DNA of 32,000 nucleotides from contig DIRZ01000003.1 of the NCBI GenBank assembly GCA_002421785.1, positions 1 through 32,000 of the forward strand. The letters are read 5' to 3'. Shown here one piece after another: positions 6,633-14,580 of the stretch. The notes under the pieces were generated by a model, which did no database searches, had not been told where the DNA came from, and saw only the letters and a list, made by a program, of their open reading frames with translations. The number at the start of each line of letters is the position of its first letter. Position 1 is the stretch's first letter. This DNA comes from Candidatus Saccharimonadota bacterium (GTDB lineage Bacteria > Patescibacteriota > Saccharimonadia > Saccharimonadales > Saccharimonadaceae). Position numbers and translations under genes: made by a program.

Positions 6633-9176
6633 TTACCGCGCATAAAGGTTCTGGCTTCCCTTTCCAAAGAAACGACGGCCTATCCATTTGTGGGTTTCAA
6701 TGATGACAATCGGAATTGTAAACGCGAGTACGGACACGTAGGCAAGGTCGCCGAGTGATATGTTTGTGACGTGGAGCATTTGACCAAGTGGCCCAAAAAC
6801 AGCGAATGTCTGCAATCCGACAGCAACAGTAAGCCCAATCCAAAACGGGATATTTCGTTTCCAGATACGACGCCAAAGTGGTTCGTAGTCGCTTCGTGCG
6901 CAAAATGCACTTGCCCATTGCATTGCTACCAGCGCGCAGAATGCTGCCGTACGGCCGTAGCCGTGGCCGTACTGGTTGCTGTAGGTGCTGTATATCCAGA
7001 GTGTGAGCGTTGCCATGGTTGCAGCAACTAGCAGGATGCGAGTAATCATGAATTTGCTCAGGAGTGGTGAATCTGCGGCTTGCGGTGGCCGACGCATGTT
7101 ACGTTTTTCGCCAGGTTCAAGCCCAAGGGGGATCACCATGGAGGTGTCAGTGACAAGGTTGATCCAAAGAATTTGCACGGGAGCAAGTGGAAGCGGGAGC
7201 CCAATAACGAGTGAGCCGATAGATACGAGTACCTCTCCAAGATTTGTTGAGAGCAGATAGATGACCATCCGCTTGATATTGGCATATATAGTGCGGCCCT
7301 CGTGAATGGCGTTGATGATGGATCGGAAGTTATCGTCAAGCAAAATAATGTCACCAGCATCTTTAGCGATTTGCGCGCCCGACCCCATCGCAACACCGAC
7401 GTGGGCATTTGTGAGCGCTGGAACATCGTTAACGCCGTCGCCTGTCATTGCAGTGATATTGTGACGCTTAAGTATCGCGAGGATGCGATGCTTATGCTCT
7501 GGCACGACGCGCGAAAATACGCGGATGGTTGCGATCTGCTCTTCGAGCTCCTCGTCTGACATGTGTCCCATTCGTCGACTATCAAACACTTCTTCGCGAT
7601 GCTCGACGAGCCCAAGCTGCTTGCCGATGTGGTACGCAGTTTCAAAATGATCACCCGTTATCATGCGCACAGTAATGCCTGCTCGTTGGGCTGTAGCGAT
7701 TGCAGAGCGGGCTTCGGGGCGAAGTATGTCTGCAACCGCAACGAACCCATCGAATGTGAATTTGTGCGATTTGGGCAGCTTGGTGAGTGAGTCGATATGG
7801 TGATCGGTTGTTGTATGGGCAAGTGCGATAACTCTGTAGCCAAGACCGGTCATATGGTGGAGTTGTATATTCGATTTCTCTCGTTCATTTTCGGTGAGGT
7901 CACTATGCTCAAGTACTTGCTCGGGTGCACCCTTGATGTAAGCAATATAATGCTCGCCCTTATGATGAAGTGTGCCGCTCATGGCGAGGCTATGCTCAAA
8001 CGGGAACACTGACACGGCGTTTGTTAGTTTTGCGTGCTTGTGATGTTGGGCGTATTCGGAGAATGCGATATCAAGTGGGTCATATGCTTTGCTATCTTGT
8101 GTTTTGGGAAGTAACGATCCTACGAGCGTCGTTATTGCGGTTGCGACGCGGTTTTCGGGATGCCAGACTTCTTGTACGCTTAGTTGATTCCGTGTTAGAG
8201 TGCCGGTTTTATCTGTAGCGATAGTGGTGATTGTTCCCACCGATTCAATCGCGCTCATTGTACGAACAAGCGCGCGCCGGGCAGCCATGCGGCGCATACC
8301 AAGGACGAGTACGACCGAAATTGCAATCGGCAGGCTTTCTGGAACTGCACTCACGCTTAGCGCAATGACGAATCGGAGAGCCTCGGTTATTTCCATGCCG
8401 CGGTAAAGCGATAACCCAAACGCCACAAGTGCGATAGCGGAAACTGCAATGATAATACGGCTAATAAGTTTATCAATGCGCTGTTGTACGGGGCTGCCGG
8501 AGCGCGTTTCCGACGAAAGCGCCGCAAGTCGCCCGAATTCAGTATCGTTTCCAGTCGCGACAACCAGTGCCTTTGCCATGCCGCCTACGACAAACGAACC
8601 CTGGAATACCATGTTTGCTTGCTCGTAGACTTCTTTTTCGCCGCTGAGCGCGTCGGTATTTTTTTCGATAGGAAGTGATTCGCCTGTTAGCTGGGATTCA
8701 TCGACGCGAAATGAGCGCGTTTCGAACAAGCGGGCATCAGCAGGGACCTTGTCGCCTTCCTCAAGTACGATGACATCGCCGGGCACGAGCAGCGTGGTAT
8801 CGATATACTCTCCTGCGTTTTTTCTGTAGACACGTAACTGTACCCTGGTGTGCTTTTGGAGCGAGCGCAGAACGCGCTCGGTTGAAAAGCGCTGTACGTA
8901 ATAAATGATTGCACTGACAGCAATAATCGCTAAGATTATTCCGGCATCAAAATAGGCCTCGTGAAGCAGGCTGATAATAACAGCGAGGAACAGGACACCC
9001 ATAAATACAGACGCGAAGGGTTCGATTAGTTTACGCCACAATGGTTCGCCATGAACGACAATTGTATTGGGGCCATAGTGTTGAAGTCGCTCGGACGCTT
9101 CGATAGCAGACAGTCCGGTGGTGTCTGAGTCAAGTTCAGCGAACGCTTCCTTGGTTGTTTTTGTATAGTAAAGCAT
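6633..9176 (-). CDS. Cation-transporting P-type ATPase (type II, Ca2+/Mg2+-like)
   Basis: It has the DKTGTLT phosphorylation motif, TGDHFETA and MTGDGVNDVPAL, plus N- and C-terminal TM bundles. Start set at ATG 9176 (MLYYTK..), which sits 7 nt downstream of a TGgTACAAT box. Confidence 0.88.
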   Translation of the reverse strand: MLYYTKTTKEAFAELDSDTTGLSAIEASERLQHYGPNTIVVHGEPLWRKLIEPFASVFMGVLFLAVIISLLHEAYFDAGIILAIIAVSAIIYYVQRFSTERVLRSLQKHTRVQLRVYRKNAGEYIDTTLLVPGDVIVLEEGDKVPADARLFETRSFRVDESQLTGESLPIEKNTDALSGEKEVYEQANMVFQGSFVVGGMAKALVVATGNDTEFGRLAALSSETRSGSPVQQRIDKLISRIIIAVSAIALVAFGLSLYRGMEITEALRFVIALSVSAVPESLPIAISVVLVLGMRRMAARRALVRTMSAIESVGTITTIATDKTGTLTRNQLSVQEVWHPENRVATAITTLVGSLLPKTQDSKAYDPLDIAFSEYAQHHKHAKLTNAVSVFPFEHSLAMSGTLHHKGEHYIAYIKGAPEQVLEHSDLTENEREKSNIQLHHMTGLGYRVIALAHTTTDHHIDSLTKLPKSHKFTFDGFVAVADILRPEARSAIATAQRAGITVRMITGDHFETAYHIGKQLGLVEHREEVFDSRRMGHMSDEELEEQIATIRVFSRVVPEHKHRILAILKRHNITAMTGDGVNDVPALTNAHVGVAMGSGAQIAKDAGDIILLDDNFRSIINAIHEGRTIYANIKRMVIYLLSTNLGEVLVSIGSLVIGLPLPLAPVQILWINLVTDTSMVIPLGLEPGEKRNMRRPPQAADSPLLSKFMITRILLVAATMATLTLWIYSTYSNQYGHGYGRTAAFCALVAMQWASAFCARSDYEPLWRRIWKRNIPFWIGLTVAVGLQTFAVFGPLGQMLHVTNISLGDLAYVSVLAFTIPIVIIETHKWIGRRFFGKGSQNLYAR

Positions 9177-9183
9177 TAGTACT

Positions 9184-9192
9184 ATTGTACCA
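9184..9192 (-). promoter_or_regulatory. Extended -10 promoter element for the P-type ATPase (leaderless)
   Basis: On the minus strand, TGG-TACAAT is followed by 7 nt (AGTACTA) and then ATG 9176. Confidence 0.45.
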
Positions 9193-9249
9193 TGCAACCA
9201 TAGCCATAAGCGGGTTGCATATGTCCATTAGCCGGGGTAGAATGAAGGT

Positions 9250-9450
9250 ATGGTAAAAGCTTCGTCTAACGTAAAAAAAGCACCGGTGAAGAAGACCGTG
9301 AAAAAGACTGCTCAAGTGCGTCGCAAGGTGAAAGTTGCCGCATCCAGCAAGGTAGATTACTACCCGAACCGCATGACCGTCGCTGTCTCGGCGCTTGCTG
9401 GGACGCTTCTCGTGTTATTCGCAATTATTGCAGTCCTCGGTTCACAGTAG
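9250..9450 (+). CDS. Small lysine-rich protein with C-terminal TM anchor
   Basis: The N-terminal half is K/V/A-rich and basic, and there is one C-terminal hydrophobic helix. TAGAAT (9238-9243) lies 6 nt upstream of the ATG. Confidence 0.45.
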   Translation: MVKASSNVKKAPVKKTVKKTAQVRRKVKVAASSKVDYYPNRMTVAVSALAGTLLVLFAIIAVLGSQ

Positions 9451-9501
9451 CCGCTCATTCATCTCATTCACTCTGATTGCCCTATACGCTGTCCGGTAGA
9501 G

Positions 9502-9507
9502 TATAAT
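9502..9507 (+). promoter_or_regulatory. -10 box (TATAAT) of the AI-2E transporter gene, giving a leaderless start
   Basis: TATAAT at 9502-9507 is followed by 7 nt (ACGTAGT), then ATG 9515. There is no SD. Confidence 0.5.
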
Positions 9508-9514
9508 ACGTAGT

Positions 9515-10654
9515 ATGAAAGTACGTATAGAAATCGACACCAGGACATTTGTGCGATTTTGGCTTGTCGTGATTGGTTTTGCCTTCGCGATTCTCGCCCT
9601 TTATAGCGCTCGCACAGCGCTGATTATTATCGGTACAGCACTCTTTTTGGCGCTGGCGCTCAACGGGCCGGTTAGCCGGCTTTCTCGCCGACTTCCTGAC
9701 AGAAGCCGCACGCTTAGTACGGCAATTGCATTTACTGTCGTTGTGGCGTTATTGGCCGCGGTTGTATTTTTGGTACTCCCGCCTATCATTCAGCAAACCG
9801 CGAAGTTTATAGAGTCGGCACCGACATTGGTGCGAAGCATGTCGGAGCAGTGGCAGGGGCTCGGCAACCTAATAGATAAATATCACATTCAGCCGCAGGT
9901 GGATCAAGCGGTCGCCGCGATTCAAGCGGATTCTACTCGCTGGGCTGCAAGCTTCGGTAAAAACTTTATTTCCGGGGTAGGTTCGGCGTTTTCTATGTTT
10001 GCCGCCACGCTTCTCGTGCTCGTCCTTACGTTCCTTATGCTCGTCGAAGGGCCTAGCTGGCTTAAGCGCCTGTGGGGCCTCTACAAAGACACCGACCGCA
10101 TGGAAACACATCAGCGACTGGTGCGTCGGATGCACAGTGTGGTGTCTGGCTACGTGACGGGTCAGCTCACAGTATCGGGAATTGGAGGTCTTTGTGCCGG
10201 TGCAACTGTGTTCATTATGAGTATGTTCTTCAAAGAAATTCCGGCTAACCTGGCGCTTCCTACAATTGCGATTACCTTCACGCTTTCCCTCATTCCTATG
10301 TTTGGCGCAACAATCGCGGGAGTTATTATCTCGCTCCTGCTTGTGTTCAACAGTGTCCCAGCGGGAATCATATTTGCGATATACTTTATGATTTATCAGC
10401 AAGTCGAAAACAACTTCATCTCCCCTACTATTCAATCACGCCGTATTGAGTTGTCGCCACTGGCCGTGCTTGTTGCGGTGACTATCGGGCTGTATGTGTT
10501 TGGCATTGCGGGGGGTATCATCTCAATCCCTATCGCTGGCAGCTTGAAAGTTCTCGTCGAAGAATACTTAGAAAACAATAGAAAAGTTCGGACCGAAGCC
10601 GATAAGCCACTGACAAAACTCGTGAAAAAACTCTCCGGAGACAGTGTGTCATAA
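9515..10654 (+). CDS. AI-2E family transporter (PerM/YhhT-like permease)
   Basis: Its length, 7-8 TM topology and the conserved ...YQQVENNFISP... segment are typical of UPF0118/AI-2E proteins. Confidence 0.75.
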   Translation: MKVRIEIDTRTFVRFWLVVIGFAFAILALYSARTALIIIGTALFLALALNGPVSRLSRRLPDRSRTLSTAIAFTVVVALLAAVVFLVLPPIIQQTAKFIESAPTLVRSMSEQWQGLGNLIDKYHIQPQVDQAVAAIQADSTRWAASFGKNFISGVGSAFSMFAATLLVLVLTFLMLVEGPSWLKRLWGLYKDTDRMETHQRLVRRMHSVVSGYVTGQLTVSGIGGLCAGATVFIMSMFFKEIPANLALPTIAITFTLSLIPMFGATIAGVIISLLLVFNSVPAGIIFAIYFMIYQQVENNFISPTIQSRRIELSPLAVLVAVTIGLYVFGIAGGIISIPIAGSLKVLVEEYLENNRKVRTEADKPLTKLVKKLSGDSVS

Positions 10655-10660
10655 TAAATC

Positions 10661-10687
10661 GAGATTCAATAAAAAGCCGCGATTTCG
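10661..10687. terminator. Bidirectional rho-independent terminator between convergent genes
   Basis: The sequence reads AAAAA-GCCGCGA-TT-TCGCGGC-TTTTTT. The GC stem is flanked by an A-run and a T-run, and it lies between the AI-2E stop and the cysS stop. Confidence 0.85.
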
Positions 10688-10702
10688 CGGCTTTTTTATT
10701 TG

Positions 10703-12172
10703 TTAGAGGTGCGACCAGACGGTGCCCGATGGCGTATCGTTGACCGACACCCCCGCACTGCTTAGTTGCTCGCGCAGTTCATCTGACTTCGCCCAGTCCT
10801 TGTTGTCGCGGGCTCGTTGACGCTCAATAATGAGACGCTTACTGTCGTCTGAGATGTCGGGCGTACTCGCCATAAGCTGAAGCCCGAGCAGCTCGTCGAT
10901 TGTTTCTAGTAAGTCCACTAGGCCCTGAGGATGGATCGATTCAAGGCTTCGTCCATCTAAGGTAGCAAATGATTCATCAATGACTTTTAGCGCGAGTGGA
11001 GTGTTTAGGTTGTCGCGCAGTGCTTCTTTGAGCGTAATAGCACTTGTCGCCACTGACAAGTATTGATCGGTGTCTTGCTTAATTTTATCGTCATCAAGTC
11101 TGTCGTGCGTTTGGTGACGGAGCGCGGCATAGTGGCGCCAGTTGGTGAGTCGGTTTTTGGCAGCATCCAGGTTGGCGAAAGTAAAGTTGCCTTCGTTGGT
11201 AAACTGGCTTTGCAAAATGAACATGCGGAGGTCAAGCGGCTCAAACCCCTTTTCTGCGAGGTCTTGCAGTGTGTAGCCGTTACCCAAGCTTTTGCTGATT
11301 TTACCACCGTCAATTTTCAGGTGATTGTTGTGAAGCCAGTAGTGTGCGAATGGCGCATCGCTCGCTGCCTGGCTTTGTGCAATTTCGTTCGTGTGGTGAA
11401 CGGGAATATGGTCAATGCCGCCAGTATGAATATCGACTGTGGGACCTAGGATGCTCATCGCCATTGCAGAACACTCCAAGTGCCAGCCCGGGAACCCCAT
11501 AATTTCCTGACCGTCGTTGAGCGGCAAGTCCAACAGGTCAGCGGGTGTTGCCCACTCCATGTCTCGGTTCTGCTCGACAGGTGTAAACTTCCATAGTGCA
11601 AAATCCCACGGCTGATGTTTTTCGGGGTTGTCTTCAACGCGCGCTCCTGCCTTCTGCGCTACAAGGTCGAGATGCGCGAAATCGGCATAAGCAGGAAACT
11701 TAGCAGTATCAAAGTAAATGCCATCGGTTGTCTGGTAGGTGTAACCTTTTTCTTTAAGAATGCGTATGAGTTCTAGTTGTTGGGGTATAAAATCCGTAGC
11801 TTTCACAACGTGCTCGGGCGGAATTAGCCCTAGTTTTTCCATACCACTCATAAAGTCTTCGGCATAGTATTCGGCGACCTCCCATGCGGTTTTGCCGTCG
11901 CGCTTTGCTCCTTTTTCAAGTTTATCTTCGCCGTCGTCGGCGTCGCTTACGAGGTGCCCAACGTCGGTGATATTCATCACCCGCTCTACCCGGTAACCCT
12001 CGTCAAGCAGTACTCGTACAAGAATATCCCAGTATATATATGCAGCCCAGTTGCCAACATGCGGCCTATCATACACCGTGGGGCCACAGGTGTAGAGCGT
12101 TACTTTGTCGTCGCTTAGTGGCGCAAAAGTATCGATTCGTTTAGTCAGCGTGTTGTGTAGTCGAAGTGTCAT
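10703..12172 (-). CDS. cysS: Cysteine--tRNA ligase
   Basis: It has the class I motifs CGPTVYDRPHVGN (HIGH-like) and KISKSLGN (KMSKS). The length and N terminus (MTLRLHNTLT) are typical of CysS. Confidence 0.93.
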   Translation of the reverse strand: MTLRLHNTLTKRIDTFAPLSDDKVTLYTCGPTVYDRPHVGNWAAYIYWDILVRVLLDEGYRVERVMNITDVGHLVSDADDGEDKLEKGAKRDGKTAWEVAEYYAEDFMSGMEKLGLIPPEHVVKATDFIPQQLELIRILKEKGYTYQTTDGIYFDTAKFPAYADFAHLDLVAQKAGARVEDNPEKHQPWDFALWKFTPVEQNRDMEWATPADLLDLPLNDGQEIMGFPGWHLECSAMAMSILGPTVDIHTGGIDHIPVHHTNEIAQSQAASDAPFAHYWLHNNHLKIDGGKISKSLGNGYTLQDLAEKGFEPLDLRMFILQSQFTNEGNFTFANLDAAKNRLTNWRHYAALRHQTHDRLDDDKIKQDTDQYLSVATSAITLKEALRDNLNTPLALKVIDESFATLDGRSLESIHPQGLVDLLETIDELLGLQLMASTPDISDDSKRLIIERQRARDNKDWAKSDELREQLSSAGVSVNDTPSGTVWSHL

Positions 12173-13145
12173 AATCCCTCAACGCTTTATCGGTAGCGTC
12201 AACCAATTCTTTTACGATTGTTTCGTAGGCGTCGTACGCCCGAAAGCCAGCCGCGTATGCGTGTCCGCCGCCGCCGAAATATCCAGCGATTGCGTCGGCG
12301 ACGGGCGTGTTACACCGCAACTTACCCGTTGCTTTACCGTCAGGGTAGGTTTTTATTGCACACGTCACCTCGACGCCTTCGACGAGACGCATTTCATCGA
12401 GCACCAACATGCTTGGGTTGTACTGATCGCTGTATTCTTGGATATCTTCCCAAGGGATATGGACAAGTCCCAGTTTGCCATCTAATAAGTACTCGATTCG
12501 TCCGATAAGTTGGCCTTTGTAGGCTAAGATTTCAGGAGATTTTTTCATAAATTCGCGTCGGCGAAGTTCGATATCGCTGTTGCTGGCACCCAGCCGGACA
12601 AGTTTGCTCGCCACTTCGAACGTGTCTGCAGTGGTATTTTGAGTCGTCAGTCCAAGACTGTCGCTCATAATAGCGATGAGCATGCTTTCGGCGGCCTGGG
12701 GATTTATTTCCCAGCCGGAATCAGCCGCGAGATTATGAATGAGCTCGCCCGTTGCTACCACGTCTTGGCTGACGAGCGTATGCTCAAATGTCAGGGTACT
12801 GGCGGTAATGTGGTGGTCAAGCACAAGTACGGGGTGTGACTCCAGGAAGTGTCGGACGCCAGGGGTTTCGAGTGTCTTGCCGAGGAGCACGTCAGCGCTC
12901 GTGTCAACGATGATCGCGAGGTCTGCTTTGGTGTCAAAGTCACCGGTTACTCGGTCCCATCCGCGGATGTACCGTAAGTACTTTGGTATATCTACGGGGC
13001 AATACATCGTAACATGCTTACCCATGTCGCCAAGGATCTCTTCGAGCGCGATAGAGCTGCCGAGACTATCTCCATCGGGGTTTTCGGCCTGAACAACAAC
13101 AATTGTCGAGGCATTTTCAATAAGTTTTTTTGCATCTGATAACAT
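12141..13145 (-). CDS. nrnA: DHH/DHHA1 phosphoesterase (NrnA-like oligoribonuclease / pAp phosphatase)
   Basis: It has the DHH motif (VLVLDHHIT) and the DHHA1 motif GGGGHAYAAG. It overlaps cysS by 32 nt. Confidence 0.8.
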   Translation of the reverse strand: MLSDAKKLIENASTIVVVQAENPDGDSLGSSIALEEILGDMGKHVTMYCPVDIPKYLRYIRGWDRVTGDFDTKADLAIIVDTSADVLLGKTLETPGVRHFLESHPVLVLDHHITASTLTFEHTLVSQDVVATGELIHNLAADSGWEINPQAAESMLIAIMSDSLGLTTQNTTADTFEVASKLVRLGASNSDIELRRREFMKKSPEILAYKGQLIGRIEYLLDGKLGLVHIPWEDIQEYSDQYNPSMLVLDEMRLVEGVEVTCAIKTYPDGKATGKLRCNTPVADAIAGYFGGGGHAYAAGFRAYDAYETIVKELVDATDKALRDYDTSTTQHAD

Positions 13146-13152
13146 TACTTTT

Positions 13153-13161
13153 AGTATAGCA
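13153..13161 (-). promoter_or_regulatory. Extended -10 (TGC-TATACT) for the nrnA-cysS operon, giving a leaderless start
   Basis: On the minus strand, CTATGCTATACT is followed by 7 nt (AAAAGTA), then ATG 13145. Confidence 0.5.
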
Positions 13162-13176
13162 TAGCCCTTGTAAAAA

Positions 13177-13205
13177 TTGACTTTATATACACTATAAGGT
13201 ATAAT
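13177..13205 (+). promoter_or_regulatory. Near-consensus sigma70 promoter upstream of the GC-rich orphan ORF
   Basis: TTGACT (13177-13182), a 17-nt spacer, then TATAAT (13200-13205). Confidence 0.7.
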
Positions 13206-13247
13206 ATATATGACACGTACATTCCCATCAACAGCAGGAGTGATAGC

Positions 13248-13547
13248 ATGGCACGACCTGGAAGGTCACGTCAGTCCTCATATCGACCCGCCACATCTCA
13301 TGGCACACGGGTGCCGCGCCTACCGCGTTTTCACATCGCTTGGGCGTATGACCAACTCGAACCGCCACGTAGCCCTGCCGAGCGCCCTGCTTTCGAATGG
13401 GCTCTCGCTAAGGCTCGCGAGTTCGACCGTGGTCATGAGCGTGAGTACCCCGAAGGCAACGACTTCTTCGCCCGCGACATGCTGCTACAGCTGGCTGGCG
13501 AGAACGTCCGAGACTTGATGTGTGCATACCGCAAGACGCGTGCGTGA
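13248..13547 (+). CDS. Hypothetical 99-aa protein in a GC-elevated insert (reading frame uncertain in the first half)
   Basis: AGGAG (13236-13240) lies 7 nt upstream of ATG 13248. The C-terminal half looks protein-like (AFEWALAKAREFDRGHEREYPEGNDFFARDMLLQLAGENVRDL). The N-terminal half is an R/P/S-rich low-complexity stretch, and an overlapping ORF (13210-13518) has higher GC3 over that part. Confidence 0.35.
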   Translation: MARPGRSRQSSYRPATSHGTRVPRLPRFHIAWAYDQLEPPRSPAERPAFEWALAKAREFDRGHEREYPEGNDFFARDMLLQLAGENVRDLMCAYRKTRA

Positions 13548-13579
13548 CATCAAGGGCGAGCCGGGGCCATCACTCCTGC

Positions 13580-13623
13580 TCGCAAACAATCAAGTGAAAG
13601 AGCTTTGACTTTATTGTTTGCGA
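13580..13623. other. Inverted repeat / hairpin at the distal edge of the GC-rich insert
   Basis: TCGCAAACAAT (13580-13590) pairs with ATTGTTTGCGA (13613-13623) across a 22-nt loop. The loop contains the second copy of TTGACTTTAT. Confidence 0.5.
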
Positions 13624-13628
13624 ACGAG

Positions 13629-14243
13629 TTAAAGTGTGCGCCTGCCCTCGAGTGCGTGCATTAATGTAATTTGGTCAGCATATTCTAGGTCGACACCCAC
13701 TGGGATGCCGCGTGCGAGGCGGCTGAGAGTCGTTGTCACGTGTGCTTCTTTTATTTGACGCTGAATATAGAGCGCCGTCGACTCACCCTCCACGCTTGCG
13801 TTCGTTGCAATAATAACTTCTTCGACGTTGTCGTCTTTAAGTCGCTTGATAAGCTCTGGGATGTGAAGCTGGTCTGGGCCTATTCCGTCGATAGGGCTAA
13901 TTGCCCCTCCAAGCACGTGGTAGGTCCCTCGGTACTGGCCGGTTCGTTCGAGCGCGACGATATCGAGTGGCTCCTCCACTACGGCGATCAACTGTTTATT
14001 GCGGTCGCTATTACTATAGAGTGGCGAAACATCTTCGTCGGGGTCGATGAGTGCAAATGTCACTGGGCAGGTTTTAACACCTTGGTGGAGGTCCGCAATA
14101 GCCGAAGCTAAGGTGCCAGACGTGCGAGCCTCGGTGCGCAACAAATAGTACGCGTAGCGTTCAGCTGTTCGAGCCCCGACGCCAGGGAGGCGTCCGAGCT
14201 CATCGATGACGCGAGTAAGCGCCTTGGGCAGTAGCTGGCTCAT
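13629..14243 (-). CDS. recR: Recombination protein RecR (Toprim domain; zinc-finger cysteines mostly absent)
   Basis: The N-terminal HhH region (LPGVGARTAERYAYYLL) and the Toprim segment (LIAVVEEPLDIVALERTGQYRGTYHVLGG) match RecR. It follows ybaB, as in the canonical ybaB-recR pair. Confidence 0.9.
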   Translation of the reverse strand: MSQLLPKALTRVIDELGRLPGVGARTAERYAYYLLRTEARTSGTLASAIADLHQGVKTCPVTFALIDPDEDVSPLYSNSDRNKQLIAVVEEPLDIVALERTGQYRGTYHVLGGAISPIDGIGPDQLHIPELIKRLKDDNVEEVIIATNASVEGESTALYIQRQIKEAHVTTTLSRLARGIPVGVDLEYADQITLMHALEGRRTL

Positions 14244-14249
14244 ACAGAT

Positions 14250-14540
14250 TTAAAGGCCGAGATTGCCAAGACCACCCATGAGTGGCTTCATTTTTTCAGC
14301 AGCAATTTCTTGCGCTTTGGCCATGCCATCGCGGATGGCGATTTCAAGCCAGTGTTCGAGCTCATGAATATCTTCTACATCAACGTATTCAGGGTCGATC
14401 TTGATGCTTTTCACCTTTAACTCACCCGTTACCTGGACAACAACGGCGCCATCGCCGGCCTCTACTTCAACAATTTCGTTTGCAAGTGCTTTTTGGGCCT
14501 TGCGTAGGTCGTTTAGCATTTTCATTTGGTCGAATGCCAT
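14250..14540 (-). CDS. ybaB: YbaB/EbfC family nucleoid-associated protein
   Basis: It is 96 aa, with the N terminus MLNDLRKAQKA..., a central VTGELKVKSIKIDPE and a glycine-rich tail. It lies immediately upstream of recR, and GGAGGA sits 9 nt upstream of the ATG. Confidence 0.88.
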   Translation of the reverse strand: MAFDQMKMLNDLRKAQKALANEIVEVEAGDGAVVVQVTGELKVKSIKIDPEYVDVEDIHELEHWLEIAIRDGMAKAQEIAAEKMKPLMGGLGNLGL

Positions 14541-14580
14541 ATCAATATTTCCTCCGTATTTTAGCTCTCACTATTGTACG

